IMG/VR virus record: IMGVR_UViG_3300028800_000073
Span: 1 to 64,000 of that record
Length of the DNA: 64,000 bases
Source of the DNA: a virus
Reading direction: 5' to 3' (one strand)
Within the stretch, counting starts at the first letter, position 1; each line of letters starts with the position of its first letter. The notes under the pieces were generated by a model. That model was not told where the DNA came from and did no database searches. It saw only the letters and a list, made by a program, of their open reading frames with translations. Below, one piece after another: positions 31,685 through 42,207 of the stretch. Both the position numbers and the translations under genes were made by a program.

Positions 31685-34600
31685 CTAAGCTGCCTTCTTT
31701 TCCTTCTCACTCCAACGTGTTGCCACTTCTATATCTACGTCGAGGTAGTGGTCAGTACCGGGGATCTTGTTCATCAGTGACATGCAGGTACGGATGACTG
31801 CCTTGCACTGCTCAACCTGATCTTCGCGGCACTCAATAAGAAACGCGTCATGAATCGGTAGAATTACCTTGAAATCAAGTGTCTTACCGACTTCAGTCAT
31901 GTACTTGAATCTGTAGAAGTTCTTACCGGCTTGCGCCAGAAGATAGGCCACAAGACCTTGGAGATTCGAGTTCATGGCTTCGCGACGAACCGCTGCCTGA
32001 TGCTTCTGTGACAGCTTACGGATGCCTGGGAAATACCTTCTGGCACCGAAGGCATTTTCGAGGTATTCGTGTTCAATAGCGAAAGCCGCATTACCCTGGA
32101 GCCAGTCCCAAGCTGTTGGGAACATCTTGGAAATCTGGTTGATAAGGGCTATACATTCATCCTTAGTCGTCGGAACACCTTGAGCACCAATCTCGCGGGC
32201 AAGCGCTGACGGGCCTCTACCATAAATCAAACCGAATAGAACAGACTTGGCAACCACACGGAGGTTGTCATGGTTCTTCTTAAAATCAGCGACCCACCTG
32301 TCGTACTCATCGCGTTTGCCTTCGTCGAGTTGCTTCAATAGCCTTGGTAGTACTTCCGCCTCGGGTAGCTTGAAATTGACAGCAGCTACTTCGGAGTGGA
32401 TATCGCGGTTCTGCGAGATGACCTTAATAAGGTTAGTATCACCGCTACAGAATGCCCACGATCTGATCTCGGCGTTCTTGAAGTCGACTTCTATGAGTAC
32501 ATAGCCCTTGGGGGCCATAACACAGGACTTGAACTTCGTCTGATGAATCTGGTCAGCCTTCTCGATACGGTCTGGCCCAGCGTAGGCTGGCTTACCCTTA
32601 TCGTTTCCATTAAAGGCTCTGCGTTCATACTCCTTAGCGGTTATACCGAATTTATGGTACACCAGCGCTTCGAATACCGCAGCTTCTTGCTTCTTGACCC
32701 ATGTCTGAAGATTGGTCTTCTTCGACGTATAGCGGCCAGTGGCAGTCAGCTGGGAGAAGTGCGACGTGACTCTACCGTCATTCCTGATGTTCTCAGCGAA
32801 CCCGTTGCCATCCTTGGGAACACCGAACTCATTCAAGGTAATAGGCTTAAGACACGACGACAGCATCTTGCCGAGTACACTGATATGACGCAACAGCACT
32901 AGAGACTTATTCTCAGGGTCCTCTTGAGCCAGTGCGACGATGACATCAACTTCAGTCGATGGGGTAGTATAAGCCTGTTGCCCATCAGCTTCTACGAGTT
33001 CCCAGGACTTCGGATACTTATCGGTGTTGTACAATGGCTTACAATTGAATAGCACAGCCTCTGGTGGGCATGACCCCTTGGCTTTATCACGTCCTTTGTA
33101 GACATGCCGGTTGAACAGCAAATAGGCTACATCGTCTTTGGAGGTTGGCTCAAAGCTTGACCAGCTAATTGCTGCCCTGAGCTTGTCCAGAAGTTCCTCG
33201 TAGATCGGATGGTACTCCTCACGGAGTTCCATGCGACGTTCGTCATCAATCAATAGACCGTGTCTCTCAACGTCCAAGAGGTGGAGGCTCGCCCATGTCG
33301 TGGTATTGTAATAGAGATGCTTCAACTTAGGGAACCGGTCAAGTTCCTTTTCAAGTATCTCAGCGACTTGCCAACTATAATCGGCGTCTCGGAGGCCATA
33401 GAGAGTAAGAATTGGCAGTGGTACGTCGCGGTAACCGAACTGTAATCGCTTCTTCCGCTGATTAGCGGATAACCACTCCTCTAGTTCTCTCCAATACGCC
33501 CCGACCTCTGGAAGGTACTCCCTAACAAGGTGGTCTAAGCCATGGCTATCATCACCGTGCATCAGGTAATGCACCAACATGGTGTCGAAGCCATCAGCTA
33601 TTCTCAAGTCAATGTAGGCACCGTTTCTGGCGAACTCCTCGGTATCAACACGCATGTGTTGACCACTAATCTGTATCTCTTTAGTGAGAAACAGCTTAGT
33701 AAGGGCTATCCAGATGCGCTTCTCATCGGCGTCGCTAAGGAACTTGACCCCGCACTTTGGCTCGGGATAGATCGTCTTAGTCTTAGTCTTTCGGACCCCT
33801 TCTTTATTGGGTTTCCCATAGGGAACCTCAACATCATAGGGCTTCTGCTCTACTTGGTCCCTAAGCTTAATAAACGCAGCCTTGCCCTTACCCCAGGCTA
33901 GCTGGACTGAAAGGGTGTAACGATATTCCTCACGGGCTACGTCATTGCCGAACTCCGTATCAAATACAAGCCTCTTAGGCTTCTCAGCGATCAAGCGATC
34001 ACATAGAGCTTCAACACCATCTGCGGTGTCTAGTACGAGATACTCTTCCGGCACCGGCTTAGCGACAACGACATCATTAAGCACCCCAACGGCACGCTTC
34101 AACTCACTGCGGAAGACCTCGATATCGGAGTAACCACTCAAGAAGCCAGCTGGGCTAACTGTAGCGATTACCTTGCACCGGTGGCCATTCTCGAAGTGTG
34201 GACTCAAATCTAGGTCCAATACATCACCTCTGACACTATCCAATTTGGCTTTAGATCCAAAGAGGTATGGCAGCATCTTGGCGCCACATACAATAACCAC
34301 TTTGGGCTTACATGCCTGGATGTCGGCTAGCATATAACCGGAGCTAGCCTTGAGGTGCTGGGACTTCAACGACTTCAGATGCGCCGGTAAAGCGAACCTA
34401 GCCCCGTGGGTGACCATGACATCATTCAGGTCTACCCCAGCCTTCTCTAGCTCATTCCGCATGAAGGAACCCACCTCAGAGGCTGGGCTCAGGCCGATAC
34501 CACTTTCGACGTCTTCATAACTGGGGTTCTGTACAATCACCATAACTGGCATGCCGGTCTTCCAGCCTTGGCGCTGCTCTAGGAAGTCAGCGTATTCATC

Positions 34601-34783
34601 ATCATCAAGTGGTAGCCGTGAACCGGACCCCATCCACGTTACTGGTAAGTGAATAGGGTTTCCGGGGCACTCTACCTCGGGTAACGGCAGCGCTTCACGA
34701 CAGACCTTAGCCAGAAATGCCTCTGGGGAGAGTTCCGGGAATGCGCTGAGCCGATATTCATTATGTAGCTCAGGCAATTCCAT
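31685..34783 (-). CDS. polA: Family A DNA polymerase with N-terminal UDG-like and 3'-5' exonuclease domains (SPO1-type architecture)
   Basis: UDG-like KPKVVIVCG; exonuclease FDTE, DTM, YGLRDAD; polymerase TATGRYTS..NLQ, DFKNAEIR (motif A), RVVAKSVLFGLIYG (motif B), IHDA (motif C). Confidence 0.93.
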   Translation of the reverse strand: MELPELHNEYRLSAFPELSPEAFLAKVCREALPLPEVECPGNPIHLPVTWMGSGSRLPLDDDEYADFLEQRQGWKTGMPVMVIVQNPSYEDVESGIGLSPASEVGSFMRNELEKAGVDLNDVMVTHGARFALPAHLKSLKSQHLKASSGYMLADIQACKPKVVIVCGAKMLPYLFGSKAKLDSVRGDVLDLDLSPHFENGHRCKVIATVSPAGFLSGYSDIEVFRSELKRAVGVLNDVVVAKPVPEEYLVLDTADGVEALCDRLIAEKPKRLVFDTEFGNDVAREEYRYTLSVQLAWGKGKAAFIKLRDQVEQKPYDVEVPYGKPNKEGVRKTKTKTIYPEPKCGVKFLSDADEKRIWIALTKLFLTKEIQISGQHMRVDTEEFARNGAYIDLRIADGFDTMLVHYLMHGDDSHGLDHLVREYLPEVGAYWRELEEWLSANQRKKRLQFGYRDVPLPILTLYGLRDADYSWQVAEILEKELDRFPKLKHLYYNTTTWASLHLLDVERHGLLIDDERRMELREEYHPIYEELLDKLRAAISWSSFEPTSKDDVAYLLFNRHVYKGRDKAKGSCPPEAVLFNCKPLYNTDKYPKSWELVEADGQQAYTTPSTEVDVIVALAQEDPENKSLVLLRHISVLGKMLSSCLKPITLNEFGVPKDGNGFAENIRNDGRVTSHFSQLTATGRYTSKKTNLQTWVKKQEAAVFEALVYHKFGITAKEYERRAFNGNDKGKPAYAGPDRIEKADQIHQTKFKSCVMAPKGYVLIEVDFKNAEIRSWAFCSGDTNLIKVISQNRDIHSEVAAVNFKLPEAEVLPRLLKQLDEGKRDEYDRWVADFKKNHDNLRVVAKSVLFGLIYGRGPSALAREIGAQGVPTTKDECIALINQISKMFPTAWDWLQGNAAFAIEHEYLENAFGARRYFPGIRKLSQKHQAAVRREAMNSNLQGLVAYLLAQAGKNFYRFKYMTEVGKTLDFKVILPIHDAFLIECREDQVEQCKAVIRTCMSLMNKIPGTDHYLDVDIEVATRWSEKEKKAA

Positions 34784-35849
34784 GGGAAGCCTCCTGTATC
34801 AATTTGTTCATTACGGACATACCGACATCGGCGGGGTCCGGCACTTTAATGTCTTCACCGTTATTGTTGCGCCGACCAAGCTCTAGTAGCTCCATTGGCC
34901 ACCGGATCATACGAGCCGGTATCTTGAGTCTACTATCAAGCTTTGCTTTGAGCTTCTGCGCAAATACCGTTTGACCACCGCGCTCCCTGGGATCAGGAAC
35001 AAAGGTCTCGGGATCAGTGGCAATAATAGCGCAGGACCACCTGGACGCTATATAGTCCAATTGGAAGTTCGTTATGGTCTTACCGAACAACGCACCGGCA
35101 TTAGGGCCACAAGCAATAGCTGATGGAATACCCTCGGCTATAATAGGTATGCCCATGGGGTCTATTTTGTCACCGTTATAAAACGGCTTAGAATACCCAA
35201 GTGGAATGTACCACCGTGGATCGATATCCTCTATAGTTCTACCTTGCCACAGAATCAGCTCTCCGCCTTGCGTGACTGGGAATATGACCCTATTCCTGGA
35301 CCTCGGATGGAGTGGGTCGGATTCGGCGGTGAAGCCTACGCCGTAGTTCTGAGCTAAGTACTTGGGATCAAAGTTATTGCTGTACTGCTTCTTAATGAAC
35401 GCCAGAGCCGGGTGATCCGCTGGCAACGTATCCAGGAGCTGGAAGCCCTTAGGCAGCTCTATGGTACGCGCTTCTGGGATCTCTTTGATCTCAGTAATAC
35501 GCTCATCAGGTCCTGATATCAGGAGGCCGACTTTAGCCATCTCTATTTCAGCAATAAGGGGCTGCCAGAACTTCTCTTCTCGAACAGGGCACTCCTCGTT
35601 GTAGCAATGCGCCAAATCGGTTCTGCGCTTTTGCTCCAAAGGGGGCTTCTCTAGCCAGAGATAGGAGATCGATAATCTACCCTTGGTATCGCCACAGAGG
35701 GGGCAATCGACGCCGTAGTTCTCACCGGCTGAGATGACTTCGTGTCGACCGTCTCTGTGGCGTCTCTCGATACGCTTAGAGTTTTCATTGGTAATGCGCA
35801 CCTTGCCAAAGCGCGCATGTAGGACCTCATAAAGAGGTTTATTCAACAT
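34770..35849 (-). CDS. DNA primase
   Basis: Zn finger CPLC...HCYNEEC, RVIFP, WQGR and TOPRIM IIAEG. Confidence 0.82.
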   Translation of the reverse strand: MLNKPLYEVLHARFGKVRITNENSKRIERRHRDGRHEVISAGENYGVDCPLCGDTKGRLSISYLWLEKPPLEQKRRTDLAHCYNEECPVREEKFWQPLIAEIEMAKVGLLISGPDERITEIKEIPEARTIELPKGFQLLDTLPADHPALAFIKKQYSNNFDPKYLAQNYGVGFTAESDPLHPRSRNRVIFPVTQGGELILWQGRTIEDIDPRWYIPLGYSKPFYNGDKIDPMGIPIIAEGIPSAIACGPNAGALFGKTITNFQLDYIASRWSCAIIATDPETFVPDPRERGGQTVFAQKLKAKLDSRLKIPARMIRWPMELLELGRRNNNGEDIKVPDPADVGMSVMNKLIQEASHGIA

Positions 35850-35862
35850 ACGCTTTCCTTGG

Positions 35863-36144
35863 TTAGTTGACGACGTCTGAATCTATGGCTATAACAACAA
35901 TGTCTTCACCGCAATTGTACTGGTAACAGCCATTGGCTAGGGCTATCTCAATCTCAAATTCTACTCGATCCACATCCTCACTGACTTCCTCCGAAAGCGA
36001 CCTTTTAACACGTTTAACAAACTCGTCTTTAGCATCTTGTTCTCTACCATAAATAGTAGTCCCTGTACGACCCGTAGAAGTGTACCGATTGGTGTATATA
36101 TTAGTGACCAACCAGACTACCTGCTTCTCAACCATAGTAATCAA
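35863..36144 (-). CDS. Small acidic protein, paralog family C
   Basis: VWLVTN...IYGREQDAKDEF matches 36141..36416. Confidence 0.5.
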   Translation of the reverse strand: MITMVEKQVVWLVTNIYTNRYTSTGRTGTTIYGREQDAKDEFVKRVKRSLSEEVSEDVDRVEFEIEIALANGCYQYNCGEDIVVIAIDSDVVN

Positions 36145-36416
36145 TAGAGGAACTCAGTGCGGAGGGTGATTTCACCGTCATACTGATCCTCGTTATACCA
36201 GTACTCGTCGTACTCATGTGCCTGTTTGATAGCATCCGCTACTTCACCGTCCGTTACCTCGGAGCCCAAAACACCAGCTACGGCGTAGTCGAAGTTCTCT
36301 ACGGCGTCCTTCTCTTTCCTGAATAAAGCAGCATCGATCTCGTCACCACGGCGGTGTGTTACCACCCATATCCGTATTGGTATCTTTACTGACTTAGTTT
36401 TCTTAGCTTTAGCCAT
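36141..36416 (-). CDS. Small acidic protein, paralog family C
   Basis: IWVVTH...LFRKEKDAVENF. Confidence 0.5.
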   Translation of the reverse strand: MAKAKKTKSVKIPIRIWVVTHRRGDEIDAALFRKEKDAVENFDYAVAGVLGSEVTDGEVADAIKQAHEYDEYWYNEDQYDGEITLRTEFLY

Positions 36417-36417
36417 G

Positions 36418-37872
36418 TTATTCCTTTGGTAGATGACTGGATTTGTCTTCTTTGTCCAACTTGCTGTTCAGCCTATTGGACTTCGCGGCAATCTCGAATT
36501 GGTGACTACAATCAACGAACTGACTCAACTCACCTTTGAGCTTGATCGGTATTTTGACATCGGGGATGTCGTCACGGGCCTTAGCGATCTTAAAGATCGA
36601 TATACCTGTTGTACTGTCCCTGGGATTGATGACGAAGGCGTACTTCATCATTTCGGTAAATGAGTTACAATCCATACCGCAGTAGTGATCGTTCTCGGCA
36701 CGAGCACCCATCTTGAAGTTCTTAGCAGCCATCTGGTGGCTAATCGAAATGATGATGTTGTTCCTAGCGGCGCACTGAGCTATTTCACTTTGTAATAGCT
36801 TCAGGGCATCGTACTTCGACTTCAGGGCCTTGTTGCCACGTTGCAGCATCCGATCAGCGATGGGGCCTGCCCAGTCTACGTAGACATAGGCTAAGTCACT
36901 GTTACTGAGCTTCTTAGCACTGATCTCACCGGTAATAGCATCTAAGTCACCACTGTTCTTTACTAAGTCAAGGACGTGGACGTACTTATCAACCGCAGCG
37001 AAGCGCTTAGCAATCGCCACTGGGTTCTCTGACGCCTTGGCTATGACATCCAAATCGTCCTTAGCTGCCTCTAGAGCTACCGTTGATACCCCAATGGCAC
37101 AGGAGATGATTCTCCGCTTGATGGCCTGTGATAGGCCTTCCTCGGCTAACACCAATAGGGTGTGCCTTTCCTGAAGCGCTTGAGCAATAGCCATTTGAAT
37201 ACCCATAGCAGTCTTGCCGACGCCTTGTCCAGCAATGATGGCTATACCACAACCATTTACCGGTCCCCTACCATTACCGAGACGAGCGTCTAGCCAGGGT
37301 ATCCCAGAACTAACGCGTTCACCAGCCGCTGGGGATGGGGTAGAGATGATATTGTTAAACGATAGACCACCGGAGATCGCAGCTTGTTTAGCTTCGATAT
37401 CCTGGATCTGCTTTCCGAGTCCTTCAAGGTTCTTATGACTCAGAGCACTGCTAAGGAGTTCTTCCATGGCTGGGCCGTGGATGCACTTCTCAGCGATGGA
37501 CTTAATCATGCCCCGAACATGGGGTTCACTACGGGCATCAACGTTTGGCCGGTAGCGTTTGAACTGAGCGAACTCCTCTTGAATGTCCTCTAGGACCTCG
37601 GGGCGTCCACTAGCAGATAGAGCACAGAACCGTGCTAGCTCAGCTAAGAAGATGCCGTCATCGGGGCATATCTTGTGGGCGTCATAGTAGTCCTTAATGA
37701 TTCGATAGATTAGTGCCTGCCCTCGGGTTGCTCCGGCAGACTTAAGATGTTCAGGCATAATCAACTGGCATGCTAGTTCAGCTATGCTAGGAGACCGTAG
37801 TACCTGAGCTAAAAAGATCCGGAAGTGCTCAGGTAAGAGAACTTCCCAGATCCTTAATTCTTGCGTCACCAA
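36418..37872 (-). CDS. dnaB: DnaB-like (SF4) replicative helicase
   Basis: SSGIPWLD, Walker A AGQGVGKT, YVDW, SHQ and KAR arginine finger. Confidence 0.85.
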   Translation of the reverse strand: MVTQELRIWEVLLPEHFRIFLAQVLRSPSIAELACQLIMPEHLKSAGATRGQALIYRIIKDYYDAHKICPDDGIFLAELARFCALSASGRPEVLEDIQEEFAQFKRYRPNVDARSEPHVRGMIKSIAEKCIHGPAMEELLSSALSHKNLEGLGKQIQDIEAKQAAISGGLSFNNIISTPSPAAGERVSSGIPWLDARLGNGRGPVNGCGIAIIAGQGVGKTAMGIQMAIAQALQERHTLLVLAEEGLSQAIKRRIISCAIGVSTVALEAAKDDLDVIAKASENPVAIAKRFAAVDKYVHVLDLVKNSGDLDAITGEISAKKLSNSDLAYVYVDWAGPIADRMLQRGNKALKSKYDALKLLQSEIAQCAARNNIIISISHQMAAKNFKMGARAENDHYCGMDCNSFTEMMKYAFVINPRDSTTGISIFKIAKARDDIPDVKIPIKLKGELSQFVDCSHQFEIAAKSNRLNSKLDKEDKSSHLPKE

Positions 37873-38428
37873 AGACCTCTCGGGCTGAGGGTGTATTGAG
37901 TAGTTCCTGGAGTGCCGCCGCTGCGAAGGTATGGGCCAATGCCTTCATACCGTACTCCTGGGCTACGACGTACTTGAATAACGGAGAAAAATCATTCGCT
38001 TGATCCGTGAGAGCATTGAGTGGACCGTAGAGCTTGCACCGCGAATCGAAGAGTGCAAGTTGAGCCTTATAATGCCTTATAACGTCTAATTTTATGTCAC
38101 CACCATCGTCACCGGCATCCGCTGTCACTTCAGAGTAGATCAACTTCGGATAGAACTTACCGGTGACAGCCATACCTCTTAGCTGCTTAGTCACGAATAC
38201 TTTAGGATCCTCTTTACGACTATGACAGATGACTGCTGCTCTATAGAACGCTGTTGCGTGCTTCTTAGAGAGCGGTGGGGTTCCACCGACATACTGGGGA
38301 TACAGTGTCACGAAGGTGTCGTGCAGCTCTTGGGCTAAGTCGACTAGCGTTGGACGTGGTGCAATGTGACGCCCTTTGTCGTCCTTAAGTTCAAGAGTCT
38401 CAAGCGCGGCTTTAATGTTGATGCGCAT
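37829..38428 (-). CDS. Hypothetical replication-region protein
   Basis: 199 aa ORF between the two helicase genes. Confidence 0.55.
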   Translation of the reverse strand: MRINIKAALETLELKDDKGRHIAPRPTLVDLAQELHDTFVTLYPQYVGGTPPLSKKHATAFYRAAVICHSRKEDPKVFVTKQLRGMAVTGKFYPKLIYSEVTADAGDDGGDIKLDVIRHYKAQLALFDSRCKLYGPLNALTDQANDFSPLFKYVVAQEYGMKALAHTFAAAALQELLNTPSAREVFGDARIKDLGSSLT

Positions 38429-38430
38429 GT

Positions 38431-39882
38431 TTAATCTCTAAAGGTGATGTTCCAACCATTATTCTTGTACGCCTTAATACGAGCTTTAGACCGGGACAAC
38501 AGATTTCCACTGAAACTATCGTAGAAGTCCACTAGGATGCCTACGCTTTTATCTGTTGTTTTACCTAAACGACTCAACCGACCGGGGATCTGATTAGCCG
38601 CAATAGAAGACGCTAAGCCATCAGCGCGGACGAGACCCGCTAGTTCGCGGAAGTCTACGCCCTTATCCCAGACACGGGTAGAAATGACTCGTTTCAACTC
38701 GTTCCTTTCGAATGCCTTTCTATGGGCATCACGATCTTTGGTACTACACAGGATTTGCTCCTTAGTCATAGCGCCATTAGCCAACAATTCTTCTGTGCGT
38801 TCCTTTGGTAGGACCCCGGTCACAATGGTGTAACCCGGTAAGGACTGCCCCAGAAGATAGGCATGCTCGATCTTGTCGACCATGACTAAGATCTGTGCTT
38901 CAGGGCCTAGCTCTTCTTCGAGTTCTTTAACAGCTCGAATAACAAGCTTATTCCTATCATTGTTCCGAATAATGCCCAGGCGATCAGCGGTTGCTTTGTT
39001 GCTAATGCCACTGACATCAGGGCCAACTGGAGAGCGATATATACGGGCATCGATTTGTACAATGTTTCCATGAGCTACGCCTTCTTGGTAACTAACATCA
39101 GATATAATGGGGCCAAACATACACTCCATAAAGCCATCGGCACCATCACTACGTCCTTCCGGGGTGGCAGTCAGGCCGAACATCTTGGCTTTCGTAAAGC
39201 GGTTCAACAGCTTGATGTACGATGTTGTACACAACGTATGAGCTTCGTCACAGAGTACCAAATTGGCATCTCTGGGGCAATGCTCCAAACTCTTTGCTAC
39301 TGCTATAGTTACGCGACCAGGATGCTGTCCACCGGTACCACAGAATCCCAGGTCGGGGATGTCGAACTTCAAATCGTCAAAGATTCCCTTAGCAATGTCT
39401 AAGGACGTGACTGTTACGACGATCTTCGACGTAGGATACACCCGAGCCAATTGCTTCGCCAAGAAGGATTTGCCATAGCCCATTGGGCATTTGATGATCC
39501 CACTCCTGTGGGCCAGCAGACTAGCAAAGACCTCGTTCTGGCGGTGACGCCATTCAATACCTTTTAAGACACTCAAATTTGGGTCAGGTAGTCCGCAGGG
39601 TCTCCGGTCGTCATAGACTATCTCCATGCCCAACTTCTGGAGACCCCCGACTATCCTTGGGACGTACCCGATGTAGGTGACGAAGACCTCTTCATTGCTG
39701 ACGGGGTCCTTGTCGTACCAATACATCGGGTGCGGTACCGCTACTCTGGTACGCTTCCAATGGTTCTCCGGTGACGGGTTTTCACTCTTCATTACCGTCA
39801 CCGTACAGTCGCTCTCGAAAGCCTTACCTAGAGCGGCAGGCCTTAGTAGCATCAACCTGCCGTTGTAGGTTATATTGATCAC
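38431..39882 (-). CDS. SF2 (DEAH, UvsW/XPB-like) helicase
   Basis: PMGYGKS, CDEAH, TATP, KGVD and QIPGRLSR. Confidence 0.9.
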   Translation of the reverse strand: MINITYNGRLMLLRPAALGKAFESDCTVTVMKSENPSPENHWKRTRVAVPHPMYWYDKDPVSNEEVFVTYIGYVPRIVGGLQKLGMEIVYDDRRPCGLPDPNLSVLKGIEWRHRQNEVFASLLAHRSGIIKCPMGYGKSFLAKQLARVYPTSKIVVTVTSLDIAKGIFDDLKFDIPDLGFCGTGGQHPGRVTIAVAKSLEHCPRDANLVLCDEAHTLCTTSYIKLLNRFTKAKMFGLTATPEGRSDGADGFMECMFGPIISDVSYQEGVAHGNIVQIDARIYRSPVGPDVSGISNKATADRLGIIRNNDRNKLVIRAVKELEEELGPEAQILVMVDKIEHAYLLGQSLPGYTIVTGVLPKERTEELLANGAMTKEQILCSTKDRDAHRKAFERNELKRVISTRVWDKGVDFRELAGLVRADGLASSIAANQIPGRLSRLGKTTDKSVGILVDFYDSFSGNLLSRSKARIKAYKNNGWNITFRD

Positions 39883-39888
39883 AGTCCC

Positions 39889-40074
39889 TTACCTTCCGTA
39901 TTCATGCAGTACCCGTGTTTTAACTAGTCGATATTCTATGACCGCCTCTGGATCTTCAATGACTACTCTACGACAGGTGGGGCAGAAGTACAAAGAAGCT
40001 ACCTCATGAACCATATGCTCTTGCATCATATCCCCACAACTACACCCCACACTGTCTTGTCCACACCGGCTCAT
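39889..40074 (-). CDS. Small Zn-ribbon protein
   Basis: CSCG...CPTC; ATGA overlap with the E1 gene. Confidence 0.55.
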   Translation of the reverse strand: MSRCGQDSVGCSCGDMMQEHMVHEVASLYFCPTCRRVVIEDPEAVIEYRLVKTRVLHEYGR

Positions 40075-40757
40075 CGCGCCGCCGCTGCTACCGCTACTGT
40101 CTTAGGGGTGTTGAACAGTTCTAGGGACAATAGATTCAAATTAAAGTCCTTTTCTAATGACATACCCCGTAGGTACTTAGAGAACTGACTAACCATCAGA
40201 CCAGCCGCGATATTGGCTGTGAAGATGGTGGACTTAGCGGTACAACTCCCTTGGAAGGCATCCTCTGCTGCAAATAGGCTATCACCATACGAGGGGGTAA
40301 CGAAGTTGTCTTCGGTCACCACGCGAATGGTCTCAGCCGACATGCGGGCGTCAATGAACACCTCAGTCTCGGGAAGCTTAGCAACCGTAGCGAAGATCTT
40401 ACCTCTTGTGGTAATATCGTCGACACAGCAGAAATAGATATCACCCTTAACTGCGTCACAGAACCGCATGTCATGAGCCGTAGTAGCTCCGGGGTTGAGC
40501 CCCTCACAATCAACAAGAAGAGCATCGACCTTCTTCTTACCGACGTCCCCGGGCCTAAAGCCCTGGGGACCGACATTGACGATGTCAACGGTGTCGAAAT
40601 CAACGATGTTCAATTTACCGATGCCACAGGCAGATAGCTGGAGAGCTACCTGCCTGCCAATGGCGCCGACTCCAATAACAACAGCCGCAGTCGCCTTGAG
40701 ATCTGCGGTTGGCAGCAAAGTAGACTGCCTATCGAACCGTGTTGGTTCAGTAGCCAT
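40071..40757 (-). CDS. ThiF/E1-like Ubl-activating enzyme (module B)
   Basis: RFDRQ, GVGAIG, DFDTVDIVN..Q, KKV, CCVD...R and IDARM; putative catalytic Cys in GSCTAK. Confidence 0.9.
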   Translation of the reverse strand: MATEPTRFDRQSTLLPTADLKATAAVVIGVGAIGRQVALQLSACGIGKLNIVDFDTVDIVNVGPQGFRPGDVGKKKVDALLVDCEGLNPGATTAHDMRFCDAVKGDIYFCCVDDITTRGKIFATVAKLPETEVFIDARMSAETIRVVTEDNFVTPSYGDSLFAAEDAFQGSCTAKSTIFTANIAAGLMVSQFSKYLRGMSLEKDFNLNLLSLELFNTPKTVAVAAAAR

Positions 40758-42202
40758 TAGGATTCCCCTAGCATGATTTGAGTTTCTTCTTCGCTCGCCG
40801 GCTTAGCCGGTGGAGTGCCGCAATACTCAATGAATGAACCACCATTCTCGATAACATCACTTTCGTCGTACATATCCTGGATCTGGAACAGAGCCGCATC
40901 AGCAGTCAGCTCGCCAGATACGACTTTCTCAGCCAATAGCATCTCATCGTGGGTCAGGATGAGGGCATCACAGGCGTCTACGGAGCCACGTAGCTGCCAT
41001 AGACAGTTAGCCCGAACCTTCTTGTACACATTCGTGACGATGTCGCCGGTAATGACGGTATCACCGTACTTCCGGGTATGCGTCAGATTGTTCATTGCTC
41101 TCTCGAAATCATCACGCTCAGCGTTGATGTTCTCTTCGAAGTCAACAAATGCCCACGCCTGACTAAACGGCAAATCGTAGAACGTCTCACCACGAGACAG
41201 CGTAAACCGCTGAGTCCCGTTTGTTACATTTATGACTTCCTTGAAACCATACTCCTTGAGATACTCTACTCTTTCTGGCGTGGAAGGCGGAACCCACTTA
41301 AGCTGCTCCATAGACCAGAGAGCGTCAACGTACGTACCCTCTGCAAGAGTGGGGGGCGTGACGCCACCTTGTTGTCTGGGAAACGGAATCGTGGACAGTG
41401 CCTCCTCCCCATGGGACTTGGCGCCAATTATGATTTCCTGAGTAATCTCCGCGACTGCGTCAGTAATCGCCTGCTGCGTCGGAGTCGTCTCCTGACGAAG
41501 AGCGAGATTCTCCCGTGCAGCAGCTCTAGCGGCCCGCTTCTGCTGCTTCTTGCTAAGAGGCATCTGCTGCTGTACCTGCTTGCCCCAGTACCCACTTGGG
41601 AGCTGTGAGCGCCCCTTGTAGCCACCACGGGTATCTGCGTCTTCACCGTAACCACCATAGGCATAGCCCTGGACAGTAATCTTGGGGGTGATCTCTGCCT
41701 TCCACTCAGCGTGATTAGCGCCCTTGAAGTCAGTGGTAAGAGTCAGCTCCTCCTTGAGCATCATCTGGAGGTTAACATCATTGCCAAGGGATACTCGAAT
41801 ACGGGCATAGAGCGGGCCACCCTTAGGAAGGATAACCATCATTGCCCATGGCATGGAGCCAAAGGATTCAGCGAAAATATTCTCATCGTGCTGCGACGGA
41901 TTCAGGCATCCAGACGGGTGGGTGTGGATGTAGATACGTCCAACCTGATGGGGCTTCAACTTATGCGGCCCCTCGGGGTCACAGTACTTCATGAACATGT
42001 TGTCAGCGATATCCGCTGCGTCCATGTCAACGAATACCGTGGAACACTTCTGCTTCGGAATATACAGATCGGTAACCAAGAATGGGTCAGCCGTTTCAGC
42101 TAGACCCATGGCTCCGACTTCATGGTTATAATGATCGCAGATGAATTGGAGCTTAGCCCGAGCATACGGGGTAAACTTGAGCGTGATGCCGGTGATGTTC
42201 AT
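40757..42202 (-). CDS. JAB/MPN+ metalloprotease with a long C-terminal extension (module B)
   Basis: EVG...HTHPSGCLNPSQHD fits the E...HxH-x7-S-x2-D JAMM motif. Confidence 0.88.
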   Translation of the reverse strand: MNITGITLKFTPYARAKLQFICDHYNHEVGAMGLAETADPFLVTDLYIPKQKCSTVFVDMDAADIADNMFMKYCDPEGPHKLKPHQVGRIYIHTHPSGCLNPSQHDENIFAESFGSMPWAMMVILPKGGPLYARIRVSLGNDVNLQMMLKEELTLTTDFKGANHAEWKAEITPKITVQGYAYGGYGEDADTRGGYKGRSQLPSGYWGKQVQQQMPLSKKQQKRAARAAARENLALRQETTPTQQAITDAVAEITQEIIIGAKSHGEEALSTIPFPRQQGGVTPPTLAEGTYVDALWSMEQLKWVPPSTPERVEYLKEYGFKEVINVTNGTQRFTLSRGETFYDLPFSQAWAFVDFEENINAERDDFERAMNNLTHTRKYGDTVITGDIVTNVYKKVRANCLWQLRGSVDACDALILTHDEMLLAEKVVSGELTADAALFQIQDMYDESDVIENGGSFIEYCGTPPAKPASEEETQIMLGES

Positions 42203-42207
42203 TGTGT

